The notes under the pieces were generated by a model that saw nothing but the letters and a program-made list of their open reading frames with translations, was not told the origin of the DNA and did no database searches. Of a stretch of 64,000 nucleotides of DNA, positions 1-13,900 are shown piece after piece. Location of the stretch: contig NC_043021.1 of NCBI RefSeq assembly GCF_006345805.1, positions 14,508,001 to 14,572,000 on the forward strand, read 5' to 3'. Position 1 is the first letter of the stretch. Each line of letters starts with the position of its first letter. The DNA is from Octopus sinensis. Lineage: Eukaryota. A program made the translations under genes and the position numbers.

Positions 1-725
1 AGGTCATTCTGTCAACATTACTGGGCAGAAATCTTATCAATGTGGATGACTCAGTTTACCTGGGTATATGTCAATTATATTGAACAGATAATTAATAACA
101 ATGAGTTAGAGTTTGTTTTTTTAATTCTAGTTCATGGTTCATTAAAAATAAATGCTAACAAAAAAGTATACTTAATTAAAGAAACAAAAAATAGTTGGAA
201 AATAGTTGGGAATTCTTTAGAATATAGTGCGAAAAATCGATTTTTATAAAAAACAATATAACATAGGCATAGGAGTGGCTGTGTGGTAAGTAGCTTGCTT
301 ATGAACCACATAGTTCCAGGTTCAGTCCCATTGCATGGCACATTGGGCAAGTGTCTTCTTCTAAAGCCTCGGTCCGACCAAAGCCTTGTGAGTGGATTTG
401 GTAGACAGAAACTGAAAAGAAGCCCGTCGTATATATGTATATATATGTGTGTGTTTGTGTGTCTGTGTTTGTCCCCTCAACGTCGCTTGACAACCGATGC
501 TGGTGTGTTTACTTAGCGGTTCAGCAAAAGAGACCCATAGAATAAGTACTAGGCTTACAAAGAATAAGTCCTGGGGTCGATTTACTCGACTAAAGGCGGT
601 GCTCCAGCATGGCCTCAGTCAACTGACTGAAACAAGTAAAAGAGTAAAGAGTATATATTCACTGTGTGTTTATTATACTAGCTACATAGTTAATATTTTA
701 CTAACTATATATTTATTATACAGGT

Positions 726-942
726 GGCGAGCTGGCAGAAACGTTAGCACGCCGGGCGAAATGCGTAGCCGTATTTCGTCTGCCGTTATGTTCTGAGTTC
801 AAATTCCGCCGAGGTCGACTTTGCCTTTCATCCTTTCGGGGTCGATAAATTAAGCACTGGGGTCGATATAATCGACTTAATCCGTTTGTCTGTCCTTGTT
901 TATTCCCCTCTGTGTTTAGCCCCTTGTGGGTAGTAAAGAAAT
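726..942 (+). mobile_element. tRNA-derived SINE family C (~220 bp, Meta-like domain GCCTTTCATCCTTTCGGGGTCGATAAA..GTACCAG)
   Basis: B box GAGTTCAAATTCC. Copies near 5050-5360, 8960-9280, 12760-12990, 13165-13395, 27635-28150, 31840-33350, 45520-45720, 50085-50284. Confidence 0.88.
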
Positions 943-1232
943 ATATATATTTATTATACATCATCATCCCTCTCTCTCTTTCGGAGATGCACAAGCACCT
1001 ACACGCACATATACACACACGGCAGTAACTTCCGCCTGCTGAATTCAATCACAAAGCTTCGGTCGGCTCGGGGCTATAGCAGAAGACACCTACCCAAAGT
1101 GCCACGCAGTGGGACTGAACCCGAAACCATGTAGCTAGGAAGCAAGCTCCCTAACCACACAGCCATGCCCGCGCCTATACATATTGTGTATATTTGTTAA
1201 ACTTACTGAATATCAATTTTATTTCTCGGTAG

Positions 1233-2104
1233 CCCTTCAAAAACAAGGACAAAGTTGGAAGAGAAAGTATGAAGAAACATCACTGGAACTTGTCTCAGAG
1301 CGCCAGAAACTTCTGGACAGTCAGCATCAACCTGACTTCAACACCAAAGCGGAAAATAAGAAGCTCAGAAAAGAACTGATGTCAATAGAAAAACAGCTGA
1401 AAGAGGTTCAGTCTCAACATGAAATCCATTTGATCACCATGGAAACGGAAAGGATGACGAAAGAGTTGATCGAGGAACGTAAGCGCAGCGAGGACCGTCA
1501 TCTGCAAGAGGACATGTCGAGGTTACGGCATCAGTTGCAGCTGGCGAAAGAAAACAGTGAAAAATATTCAAAGCTTAAAATCGAAGTGGAATTATTGAGG
1601 GATGAGAATAATAATCTAAAGAAAGAGAAATTAGATGTTCCAGTTGATGATAAAGTAGATGAGGATAAAATAGATAAGGATAAAGATAAGCGGGATTGTA
1701 AATCCAGTAAAGAAGACATGGATTTAGGTGACATGTCAACGGCTAAAGGGAAGGAGGATTCGGAGGAGACATCAAAGGCAACAGTTGCTACGCAGACGGA
1801 TCTCGACAACAAGGAAACCTGCGATGTGTGTGAACTGATGAAGACCGAGAAGCAACAGTTGGCCGAAAAACTCAAAGTAAGTCAGAAAAAGATCCTTGCT
1901 TTCGAAGAAGACGTGGACGTTGCAGAAACTCCGCCATTCAGTCGAGTCGGTAGCAGTCGGCAGCTGCGGCGGGAGAAGATTTTGGCAGAAACTGCCAAGA
2001 TGGAAGCGGAATTTGCTCTGAAAGTTGCACAAGAGAAAATTCTCACGCTGACCAAAGACCTTGAAAAGCTTCAAGAGACTAAATGCCAAGAGCCTTCTCA
2101 AAAG
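1233..2104 (+). CDS. Host gene exon, 872 nt, coiled coil
   Basis: Acceptor tttctcggtAG, donor AAG|gtaaga; open frame ALQKQGQSW...EPSQK; phase 1 to 0. Confidence 0.9.
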
Positions 2105-2250
2105 GTAAGATTTCTTTTTTTTTTTTTTTACATTTTTAATGATGAGTTTTAATCGTTAGTGATCAGAATTTGCATTAAGACTTTTTGTTTTTTGTTTAAT
2201 TTGAAATTTAAAATATAATTCTGGAATCATCATTGTGTCCTATGTTAGAG

Positions 2251-2291
<41 letters not shown>

Positions 2292-4106
2292 ACCACCACC
2301 ATCACTACTACTACTACCATCACTACTACTACTACTACTGTTGGGTCTCTCTTTCTCTTTTTCTCTTTTACTTGTTTCAGTCATTTTGACTGCGGCCATG
2401 CTGGAGCACAGCCTTTAATTGAGCAACTCGACCCCGGGTCTTATTCTTTTGTAAGCCCAGTACTTATTCTATCAGTCTCTTTTGCTGAACCGCTAAGTAA
2501 CGGGGACATAAACACACTAGCATCGGTTGTCAAGCTATGTTGGGAGGACAAACACAGACACACAAACACATACACACACATACATATACATATATACGAC
2601 GGGCTTCTTTCGGTTTCCATCTACCAAATCCACTCACAAGGCTTTGGTCAGCCCAAGGCTATAGTAGAAGACACTTGCACAAGGTGCCACGTAGTGGGAC
2701 TGAACCCAGAACCATGTGGTCGGTAAACAAGCTACTTACCACACAGCCACTCCTACGCCCTCTGTTTTTGTTCTCTCTAACTTTTTATCTAAATTCTTTG
2801 TCACCCAGGAAGTTTGGTCGGTGCCATCAAAGTCCTGCAGTTGCCAAACGAACGACATTTCTCTCATTGAAGACAAAAATGAAGAATTCAAGAAACTAAA
2901 AGATGATCTTGAAATGGAAAGAAGACGAATTGTCACATCACAACAAGGTATGTATTTAGCAATTGTTCTCTTTCTCTTTGAAAATATGAGCCTTTGAACA
3001 TTATTTACATTATTTACAATTGACGGATATTTGTCCTCATCATGTTTGTTGTTAACACAATGTTTCGGCTGATATACCCGCCAGCCTTCATCAGGGGTCT
3101 TGGGGAAATTTCAATCCTGGGTTCTCATTCCTAAGGTGTTTTTGGATGTTATTATTATTATTATTCAGGATATCATCATCATTGTTTAATATCTGCTTTC
3201 CATATATATACAATAATAATAAAGGACGTTGTCGTATACATTTTTACAAACCAAGGACGTTATATAGACCTCCTTGACTAAAGTTAGAGAAGGGGTGCTT
3301 ATTATACACAAGGTTTAGGTTTTTCAGAGGTACAGCCCCCTAAAAATTCCCTGCGTATTATACTCAAGGGCAGACTATACTCGAGGATTTACGGTATATT
3401 AAATACATGACATACAAAAAAATGTATACATATAAAAATGTCCAACTTACACAGAGTACAAATGATATAGGAAATTAAAGGGGTGGTAGAAAGGTATTAC
3501 AAATCCAACAGCTTCCGTCTCGGGGCTCGGCAATCCATTATAATGTTTGTAATCTTATATAGTTACTTTTCTCTGTATTTTCATCTGCTTTGGTCTCTTC
3601 TTTCCTCTGTAGATCTTCAGCAGAAGTCCTCTATTATTGAAACCCTGAAAATGTCCCTAAAAGACCAAGATGACACCATTGTAGAGTTGGAAGATATTAT
3701 GAAGAGGAAGGAGTCCAAGATCAATACTCTTGAAGAAGGTATGTAGTTCAACGTATAGCAGACTTTCCAGATAATCCTTGCTGATCCAAGAAAACAATTT
3801 TCTACTCAGCTCTACATCCACTCCCAGACTAAGATTTAATTTTCCAAGGTCTATTCTCAAAATCTTTGTTATTAAGTGTCACTAAATGGCAGATTCAGTA
3901 GAGCTTCACATATGTGTTCAATGTTCTATTATATACACACACACACATATATATTACTCTGCGGAGTGGGTGGTGTAAGGAAGGGCATCCAGCCATAAAA
4001 ACCCTGCCAAAACAGACACAGTATCCTGGGATAGACTTCTACATGGCCAGCTCCTGTCAATCCATCCAGCCCATGTCTGCATCATGGAAGGTGGGTGGTA
4101 AATGAT

Positions 4107-4140
<34 letters not shown>

Positions 4141-7100
4141 TACATGCATACATACGTATGTATGTATATATATATATGTATGTATATATCATCATCATCA
4201 TCATCGTTTAACATCCACTTTCCATGATAGCATGGGTTGGACGATTTGACTGAGGACTGGCAAACCAGGCTCCAATCCGATCTGGCAGAGTTTTTACAGC
4301 TGGATGCCCTTCCTAACGCCAACCACTCCGAGAGCGTAGTGGGTGCTTTTATGTGCCACCGGCACGAGGGCTAGTCAGGCGGTACTGGCAACAGCCGCGC
4401 TCAAATGGTACTTTTATGTGCCACCGGCACGAGGGCTAGTCAGGCGGTACTGGCAACGGCCGCGCTCAAATGGTGTTTTTTATGTGCCACCTGCACAGGA
4501 GCCAGTCCAGCAACACTGGCAACAACCTCACTTGAATGTTTTTTCATGTGCCACCGGCACAAGTGCCATATATATATAGGACGAGCATTCTGCCAGTTAT
4601 GACAACGAGGGTCCCAGCTGAGACGATCAACAGAACAGCCTGCTCATGAAATTAAAGTGCAAGTAGTTGAGCACTCCACACCCACATGTACCCTTAACGT
4701 CACATGTACCCTTAACGTAGTTCTCAAGGAGAGTCAGCGTGACACAGAGTGTGACAAGGTTGGCCCTTTGAAATACAGGTACTACTCATTTTTGCCAGCT
4801 GAGTGGACTGGAAGCACCGTGAAATAAAGTGTCTTGCTCAAGGACACAACATGCTGTTGGGAATTGAACTCGCGACCTTACAATCATGAGCTGAATACCC
4901 TAATCACTAAGCCACTATTTCATTTTTATATCGCTCTTTCCTTGACTATTTGGCAAAATGTCACAAAAACTACTGGAATCTCTTGTTATGAAATAAGCCC
5001 AAAAGACTTGTGATATTAATTTCAAATTTTGGGTGGGGGATGTAAGTTGATTCATTTTATTGACCCCAAAAGGATGAAAGGCAAAGCCTACTCTGGCAGA
5101 ATTTGAACTCAGAACATACCATTAAGTATTCCACCCAGCATGTTAACAATTTTGCCAGCTTGCTGCCATTAAAAGACTTGTAATATTCTTCTCTACTCTA
5201 GGCACAAGGCCTGAAATTTTTGGGAAGGGGGCCAGTCAATTAGATCAACCTCAGTACACAACTGGTACTTAATTTGCCGACCCCGAAAGGATGAAAGGCA
5301 AAGTTGAACTCAAAACATACCACTAAGCATTCCACTCGGCATGTTAACAATTCTGCCAGCTTACTATTATCAAAGTGGAGGCGCAGTGGCCCAGTGGTTA
5401 GGGCAGTGGACTCGCAGTCGGAGGATCACGGTTTCAATTCCCAGACCGGGCGTTGTGTGTGTTTATTGAGCAAAAACACCTAAAGCTCCATGAGGCTCTG
5501 GCAGCGGGTAGTGGCGACCCCTGTTGTACTCTTTCGCCCCAACTTTCTCTCACTCTTTCTTCCTGTTTCTTGAGTAACGCTGCAATGGACTGGTGTCCCG
5601 TCCAGCTGGGGGGAACACATATGCTACAGGAACCGGGAAACTGGGCCCATGAGCCTGGCTAGGTTTGAAAAGGGCGCATGATAAATAAAAAAAACTGCTA
5701 TCGAAAGACTTGCAATATTAGATATTGTTTCCATCCATAACTTTTGCGTGTGTTTCTGTTTTTTCTAAAGAATTGCTACAAAAAGACGAAAAAGATAGAA
5801 AGAGAGTTGCTGCAACATCCGACAAATGTGAGCAATGCAGGTTATCACTTGTTGAAGGAAACGCACCAGAAACGATGGAGTCTTCCAATGGCTCGGAGGG
5901 CACCAGCAAAGATAGCAATCTTCAAACTGTTGTTTCGCACCAAACGAAAACCATCCAAACATTGAGTCACGAGAAATCCCAAACGGAACTCACTTGCAAA
6001 AACATGAACCTGGAAATGCAGCACATGAAGATGGCTTTGGCAGGTAAATTAAATTTATTAATTAGTGCTGCTTATTCTATAATGCCCTCGTTGGTTTCAG
6101 CCACTGGTTTCATGCCCTGGGGCATTTGTCTCTCTCTCTCGCTCTTAATTTTGGTTTGTATTTAAAACTGTATACAGCTATGGTACGACCACACTTGGAA
6201 TTCGCATCATCAGTTTGGAACCCCTATCTTGCTCAGAACATTGACCTCCTGGAATCTGTCCAGAGACGTGCAACCAAATGCATACCCTCCATCAGACACC
6301 TACCATATTCTGAGCGCCTTGTTTCCCTGGGCATGGATTCACTGAAGCTCCGGCGTCTGGCGACGGACTTGGTAAATGCCCACAAAGTTATCAACCACCT
6401 CACCAACAACAACACTGAACACCTTTTTGATCTCCATGTGTCTAACACACGTGGACATGCCTACAAAGTCAGAAAACAACACAGCTCCCATGACTTTCGG
6501 AAACATTTTTTCACGCTCAGAGTTGCTGAAGCATGGAATAAACTGCCTGCGTCAGTTGTTGACTGTCATGACACTGCATCCTTTAAGGCCCTCATGCTTT
6601 CTAAAATCCCCTAAAACTACACCTGATTATATATACACTTTAGATGAGTTGTAGTGCACCTGAGCACTGTACACAATGTTTTATTATTATTTATAAGTTA
6701 CCCATTTGCTTTATGTTTCTTTGTGGATAAAGGTGTGGCTGTGTGGTAAGAAACTTGGTTCCAAAACACATGGTCCTGGGTTCAGTACCACTGTGTGGTG
6801 ACTTTGCATGTGTCTCCTGCTATAGCCTCAGACCAACCAAGGCCTTGTGAGTGGATTTTGTAGACAAAGTTACCCATTTGCTTTATGTTTGTTTCTGGAG
6901 AAAGGAATGAGGATGGAGGCCTTCTATTCTGGTGAAGATTCAACGAAGTATGAAACATGTTGGGACAATATAAATATAAATATTGTGTGTGTGTGTGTGT
7001 GTGCATATGTATATATTATATATATGTGTGTATATGTATATATGTATGTATATATATATGTGTGTCAGTATGTGAGTATGTATATGTTATAAACCCAAAC

Positions 7101-8448
7101 TGGAATGTCTAAGTTTAAAAGGTTTTAACTAAAAATACAGCAATCTACAACACAAATAAAGATTGTTAAATTGTAAGCAAAACTAAACTTATATATATAT
7201 CCCTCTCTCGCTTTCGGAGAGGCACTGAGCAGCTATACGCACACATACACACACGGCAGTAACTTCCACCTACCGAATTCAATCACAAAGCTCCGGTCGG
7301 CTCGGGGCTATAGTGGAAGACATGTACCCAAAGTGCCACGCAGTGGGACTGAACCCGAAACCATATAGCTAGGAAGCCAGCTCCCTAACCACACAGCCAT
7401 GCCCGCGCCTATATATATATATAACCTTTTAAACTTTTAGACTTAGACATTCCAGTTTGGGTTTATAACAAGTAGAAAACATTTGCTGAAGGTTCCATGC
7501 GTGGAACTGAATCTGGAATCACGAAGGACTGAATTTGGAATCATGGAAGTAAAATTCTTACCACACAACCACTCCTGCGCCTATAATGTGTCTACATGTT
7601 TTGCACCTAATTTCCTCTAATTTTCTCTAATTACACTACTGCTATTAATAAAACTGGAGCATGTGACAATAATTCTCATTATGTGACATGCTGACGAGTC
7701 TCCAGCAGAGGGTGGTGGCGATCCCTGCTGTACTCTTTCACCACAACTTTCTCTCACTCTTTCTTCCTGTTTCTGTTGTACCTGTATTTATATCATCATC
7801 ATCATCATCATCATTTAGCGTCCGTTTTCCATGCTAGCATGGGTTGGACGGTTCAACTGGGGTCTGAAGCCGGAAGGCTGCATCAGGCCCAGTCAGATCT
7901 GGGAGTGTTTCTATGGCTGGATGCCCTTCCTAACGCCAACCACTCCGTATAAATATGTATGTGTGTGTGTGTGTATATGTCTATGTATGTGTATGTATAT
8001 GTGTGTTTTATATATATATATGTGTTTGTATATGTATATATGTGTGTGTGTGTCTGTATGTATAGAAAATAAATTTCTAAGAATTTGAAGCATGAAACTG
8101 TTGTTTTTAAAGAAATCTTTTGTTTCTCTTTGCTTTAGTGATGGAATGTGAAAGAGATTCACTGCGAAAGCGGCTGGAGATGGTTTCCGGAAAATCAGTG
8201 CAAAGTCCAACCACAAATACACAGGGAGCTGCTACAAAATCTCACCAAAGTCCCATGGTGAGTGCCCATTCAGCTGCTGGGAGATCTTTCCAAAGTCCTG
8301 CAATAAAATCCTCAATCGCTTCTGCAAAGTCTCAGCCAAGTCCTTCAAGGCTGATGCCACCACCACCATCATCATCATCATCATCTTCAGAGGTAATATT
8401 ATTCTTCCATTCCTCATTTAATCCAACATTGCAATTACAGACACACAC

Positions 8449-8501
<53 letters not shown>

Positions 8502-8508
8502 TATATAT

Positions 8509-8541
<33 letters not shown>

Positions 8542-8618
8542 ATAATAATATGAGGGAATATTATTCCAAACTTACAAGGAAAAATTCAATTTAGAAATAC
8601 TAAATCAAATTTCATAAA

Positions 8619-8664
<46 letters not shown>

Positions 8665-8808
8665 AATTAGTAAAAAAACCCACCTAATTTTGCACATTAC
8701 TTAATCATCGTTATATGTTCTTACATTTAATCTTTCTATAATATGTAATTTTCTAGATGGTATAATTTAATTTTTCATTATTGAATTGATAGGTGGTTTG
8801 TTTTTCTA

Positions 8809-8849
<41 letters not shown>

Positions 8850-10927
8850 TATACATATACACACAGAGTAATACCTCGCCATATTGCAGTTCACATATCA
8901 CGATTTATTATTTAAGCTTACGTCGATTCCTCTGTGGTGTTGTTTCATTGTGGTAATTAATTCATTGACCCCAAAAGGATGAAAAGCAAAGTCGACCTTG
9001 GTGGAATTTGAACTCAGGATATACAGATGGGCAAAATACTGCTAGGCATTTTGTCCAGCATGCTAACAATAATAATAATAATAATAATAATGATAATCCT
9101 TTCTACTATAGGCACAAGGCCTGAAATTTGTGGGGGTGGGGGTAAGTTGGTCTTATTGACCCCCAGTACTTAAGTGGTACGTAATTATGAACCCCAAAAG
9201 GATGAAAGGCAAAGTCAACCTCAGTGGAATTTGAACTCAGAACATAAGGGTGGATGAGATATTGCTAAGCATTTTGCATGGTATACTCTCTTTTGTTTTA
9301 CTCTCTTTTTACTTGTTTCAGTCATTTGACTGTGGCCATGCTGGAGCACCGCCTTTAGTCGAACAAATCGACCTCAGGACATAGTCTTTGTAAGCCTAGT
9401 ACTTATTCTATCGGTCGCTTTTGCCGAACCGCTAAGTTACGGGGACATAAACACACCAGCATCGGTTGTCAAGCGATGTTGGAGGAGACAGACACAGACA
9501 CACACAAACATATACACACACATACATATATATATACATAGATATGACAGGCTTCTTTCAGTTTCCATATGCTGACAATTCTGCCAGCTTGCCTCCTTAG
9601 TTAATAATAATAAGAAAAAGAAGAATAACAACAACAACACTGATAATTGTTTCGGATTTTGGGCACTAAGCCAGCAATTTTGAGAGAGGGGAGGATTAGC
9701 TGATTACATTGTAATCAGCTAATCCATTCCCCAGTACTAGATTGTACTTCATTTTATCAACCCTGGAAGGATGAAAGGTAAAGTTGATTTTGATGGGATA
9801 TGAACTCAGAATGTAAAAGGTTGTAACTAAATACTACAAAGCAATTTGTCCATCACTCTAACGATTCTGTATTTTAATGGTTTATAAAATAACCACAAGG
9901 CCACAGTCTTTGAATGAAGGGTCTTGTCAATTATGCCCAGTTATGCTTGTATTAACCTCACTTACTTCTTCCATAAGAAATGAAGGGCAAAGTTCAAAGT
10001 TGGCATTGACAGAATTATGAGGACATGAGAACCTTTTTGGATCTGGTGCCATTTTAAATATTTCAGGGCATTTTGTCTCTGATGTTTCTTTGTAAAAATA
10101 AAGCTCCTTCCTGCATCTTAGCCCCTTAGGGCCAGTTTCCTGGATTCTGGGATGTATATATTCCCCACCCAGTCCATCGCAGGATTACTCATTTCTGACA
10201 GCTGAGTGGACTGGGGCAATGTGAAATAAAGTGTTTTGCTCAAGAACAGAACATATTGCCTGTTCCAGGAATTGAAACCACAATCTTAGGATTTTTCCTA
10301 TTTAATCAGCCATGACCCATGTTTGATTCGAGAAGATCTAAGAGGCCACTCTGTTTTCTTAAATTTCCTAGTACAAAAGGTGAGAGCAATAGGTTGAGGA
10401 CTTGTAGGAAACTGGATTCGGTTTCGAATCCTGGCTTAAATATTTGGTAGCTGTTCAGTATATCCTAACCACTAAGCCATGTGCCTCCATGTTCCTTTGA
10501 TATGGTTTAAATAATATTCACTCTTTTAGTTATGTTTATCTTAATTTCTGCCTCACAGAGGAAAGACAATGGAAATGGTGCTGCCCAAAATACAAAATCC
10601 GTGGAAGAGACTACGCCTGGAAAAGGTATAATGTTACGAAATGTTGAGGTGAGCATGTTTATATTTCTTCTTTCAGGTTGAACATAAATGCATGGTACCT
10701 TGGGCAAGTCTCTTTTACTATAGTTCCAGGCTGATCAAAGCCTTGTGAGTGGATTTGGTGGATGGAAACTGAAAGAAGCCTACAATATGTGTGTGTGTGT
10801 GTGTGTCATTTAATGTCCATGTTTCATACTGGCAAGGATTGGATGGTTTGAAAAGATTTGATGTGTCCATCAAGATCCAGTGTCTGCTTTGGCATGGTTT
10901 TTATGGTTGAATGCCCTTCCTAACACC

Positions 10928-10972
<45 letters not shown>

Positions 10973-13900
10973 ATATATAAAGATAATATGTAATGGTTAA
11001 GTAGTGATTATATGAATCAGATAAATAAGTTAAAAACAATATTAATTGCTTGTTGAGATGGCCATTTGACACTCTGTCGGTTACGATGAATGTTCAAGTT
11101 GATCCAATCAGCAGAACAACCTGCTTTTGAAATTAACGTGCATGTGGCTGAGTACTCCACAGACAGGTGTACCCTTAATATAGTTCTCAAGTAGATTCAG
11201 CATGACACAGAGTGTGACAAGGCTGGCCCTTTGAAATACAGGTACAACTCATTTTTGCCAGCTGAGTGGACTGGAGCAATGTGAAATAAAGTGTCTTGTT
11301 CAAGGATGCAACACATCGCCAGGGATTGAACTCACAACCTTTCGATCGTGAGCTGAATACTCTAACCATTAAGCTACACACCTTAAGCTACAGATGGCTA
11401 TTTATTTATATGATTGTTATGATGGTCATTACAATATAGAAGACACAACTGCTTTGAGTTGTTTGTGTACATTGCTTGCTTGTTGTAGCAGTAAACAAAT
11501 TGTCTTTAGTTTCATGGTCCAGTGTGTTTGTAAGCTTCATCTGTTTGTGACTACTAGAGAGAGAAAGAGTAAGATGGTCTAGGCAAGTAGAGAGTATAAG
11601 CAGTGTGTTGCTTCTCCATCGGTACCAGAAGGAAGGAGAAGAGACAGAGATGTGCTCTCTGATCAGAAGCAGCAACTAAAGAGAATGAAACCGATTTGAC
11701 TTTGCTTCATCATCATCATCATCATCTTCGTTTAGCGTCCGCTTTCCATGCTAGCATGGGTTGGACGGTTCAACTGGGGTTTGGGAAGCCAGAAGGCTGC
11801 ACCAGGCCCAGTCTGATCTGGCAATGTTTCTACGGCTGGATGCCCTTCCTAACGCCAACCACTCCATGAGTGTAGTGGGTGCTTTTTACGTGCCACCGGC
11901 ACAGGTGCCAGGCAAGGCTGGCAAACAGTCACGATCGGATGGTGCTTTTTACGTGCCACAGGCACGGGGCCCAGGCAAGGCTGGCAAACAGCCACAATCG
12001 GATGTTGCTTTTTACGTGCCAACGGCACGAGGCCAGTCAGGGCGGCGCTGGCAATGGCCACGTTCGGATGGTTATCTTACATACCACCGGCACTGGTATC
12101 ACAGCTGTAATTTCCATTGATGTTGATCGATTTCGATTTTGTAGTATTCCTAACCAAGCTAGATCAAGCAAAAACAAAGGATTTTTCCTCTCTAATCAGC
12201 CATGACCCATGTTTGATTTGAGAAGATCTAAGAGGTCACTCTGTTCTCTTAAATTTCCTAGTGCAAAAGGGTGAGAACAATAGGGCGAGGACTTGTAGGA
12301 AACTGGATTCAGTTTTGAATCCTGTCTTAAATATTTGGTAGCTGTTCACTATGAATATATCCGATGTGTGTGCATGTGAATATTTCGGTCTCCTTGTCTT
12401 GACATCACATGATGGTTGTAAACAAGTGCCACCATCATGCAAACAATGTCTTTCAGTCTTTCATTTCCAATCTTGCATAAAAACATGTCTGGTCATGGGG
12501 AAAATATGACATTGCTTGGAAACAGATGAGAGTTGGTGATAGGAAGGACATCTGGTCATAGAAAACCTGTCTCAGCAAATTCCATTTGACCCATGCGAGC
12601 ACCGAAAAACAAAATGGATGTTAAAAGGATGCTGGACAAGTGCCTTGTGGAATTTTTTCTGGTTCCTCACATTTTAAGTTCAAATCCTGCTGAAGCCAAC
12701 TTTGCCTTTCACCCATTCTGTGTTAATAAAACAAATTACTGGGGGACTATGTACCTATTTCTTTACTACCCACAAGAGGCTAAACACAGAGGGGACAAAC
12801 AAGGACAGACAAACAGATTATATCGCTCCCCCCCCCCCCAGTGTGTAACTGGTACTTATTTAATCTACCCTGAAAGGATGAAAGGCAAAGTCAACCTCGG
12901 CGGAATTTGAACTCAGAACGTAACGGCAGATGAAATACCGCTAAGTATATCGCCTGGCATGCTAACGGTTCTGCCAGCTCGCCGCCTGGGGGACTATGTA
13001 CCATCTATCAAATGTTGCTGGCCTTGTAATTAAAGTAGAAACAATTAACTCTAATTGCCAAACTCATCATCATCATCGTCATTTAACATCCGTTTTCCAT
13101 GCTCACAAAGGTTGGATGGTTCGACCGGAGTTAGTAAGGCCAGGGACCGCACCTGGCTCCATTATCTTATTTCTTTATTGCCCACAAGGGGCTACACACA
13201 GAGGGGACAAACAAGGACAGACAAACAGATTAAGTTGATTACATCGACCCCAGTGCATAACTGGTACTTATTTAATCAACCCCGAAAGGATGAAAGGCAA
13301 AGTCAGCCTCGGCGGAATTTGAACCCAGAACATAAAGACAGATGAAATGCCGCTAAGCATTTCACCCGGCGTGCTAACGTTTCTGCCAGTTTGCCTCCAT
13401 TATCTGTTCTGACATAGTTTCTACAGCTGGACACCTTTCCCTAATGCCAAACATTCCACAAAGTGTACTGGGTACATTTTATGTGGCATCAGCACCAATG
13501 TTTTTAATGTGGCACCAGCCTTCAAAATAATTAATTAGAATTTTTTTTTTTTCTCTTTGCTCTCTTCTTTTCACAGCAATGGCGCAAACAGAAAGCTCTT
13601 GTGGTAAACAGCATAAAGAAAGCTAATGTAGAAAAAATAGCTACAACTCTATCAAATTCTCAAGCACCCAAGACATCACATTCGGTTCATAAGCACAACA
13701 GCCCTGCACCAAACTCTGCGGTCCCATCGCGTCTTTGCAACAATGTCACTAGTTCTTTGCATAGATCACCTTCCACCTGCCGTACCCAGCGTCTGTGTAA
13801 CATGAAGCAAAATACTAATACTGGCACCAGCAGCCCTGTTCCATCAAAGAAAGTAAGTCAGTTCCGGTTCTTATTTCATCTAATATAATAAATGCCAATG

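Noticed and set aside
3-63. Possible upstream phase-1 exon (VILSTLLGRNLINVDDSVYL)
   Set aside because: Weak donor (G|gtatat) and no acceptor context at the window edge
5376-5450. tRNA gene
   Set aside because: A and B boxes continue into a SINE body with no acceptor stem or terminator; the same holds for the other tRNA-like heads
6126-6614. 162-aa ORF as an extra host exon
   Set aside because: It is a CR1 LINE C-terminus with no compatible splice sites
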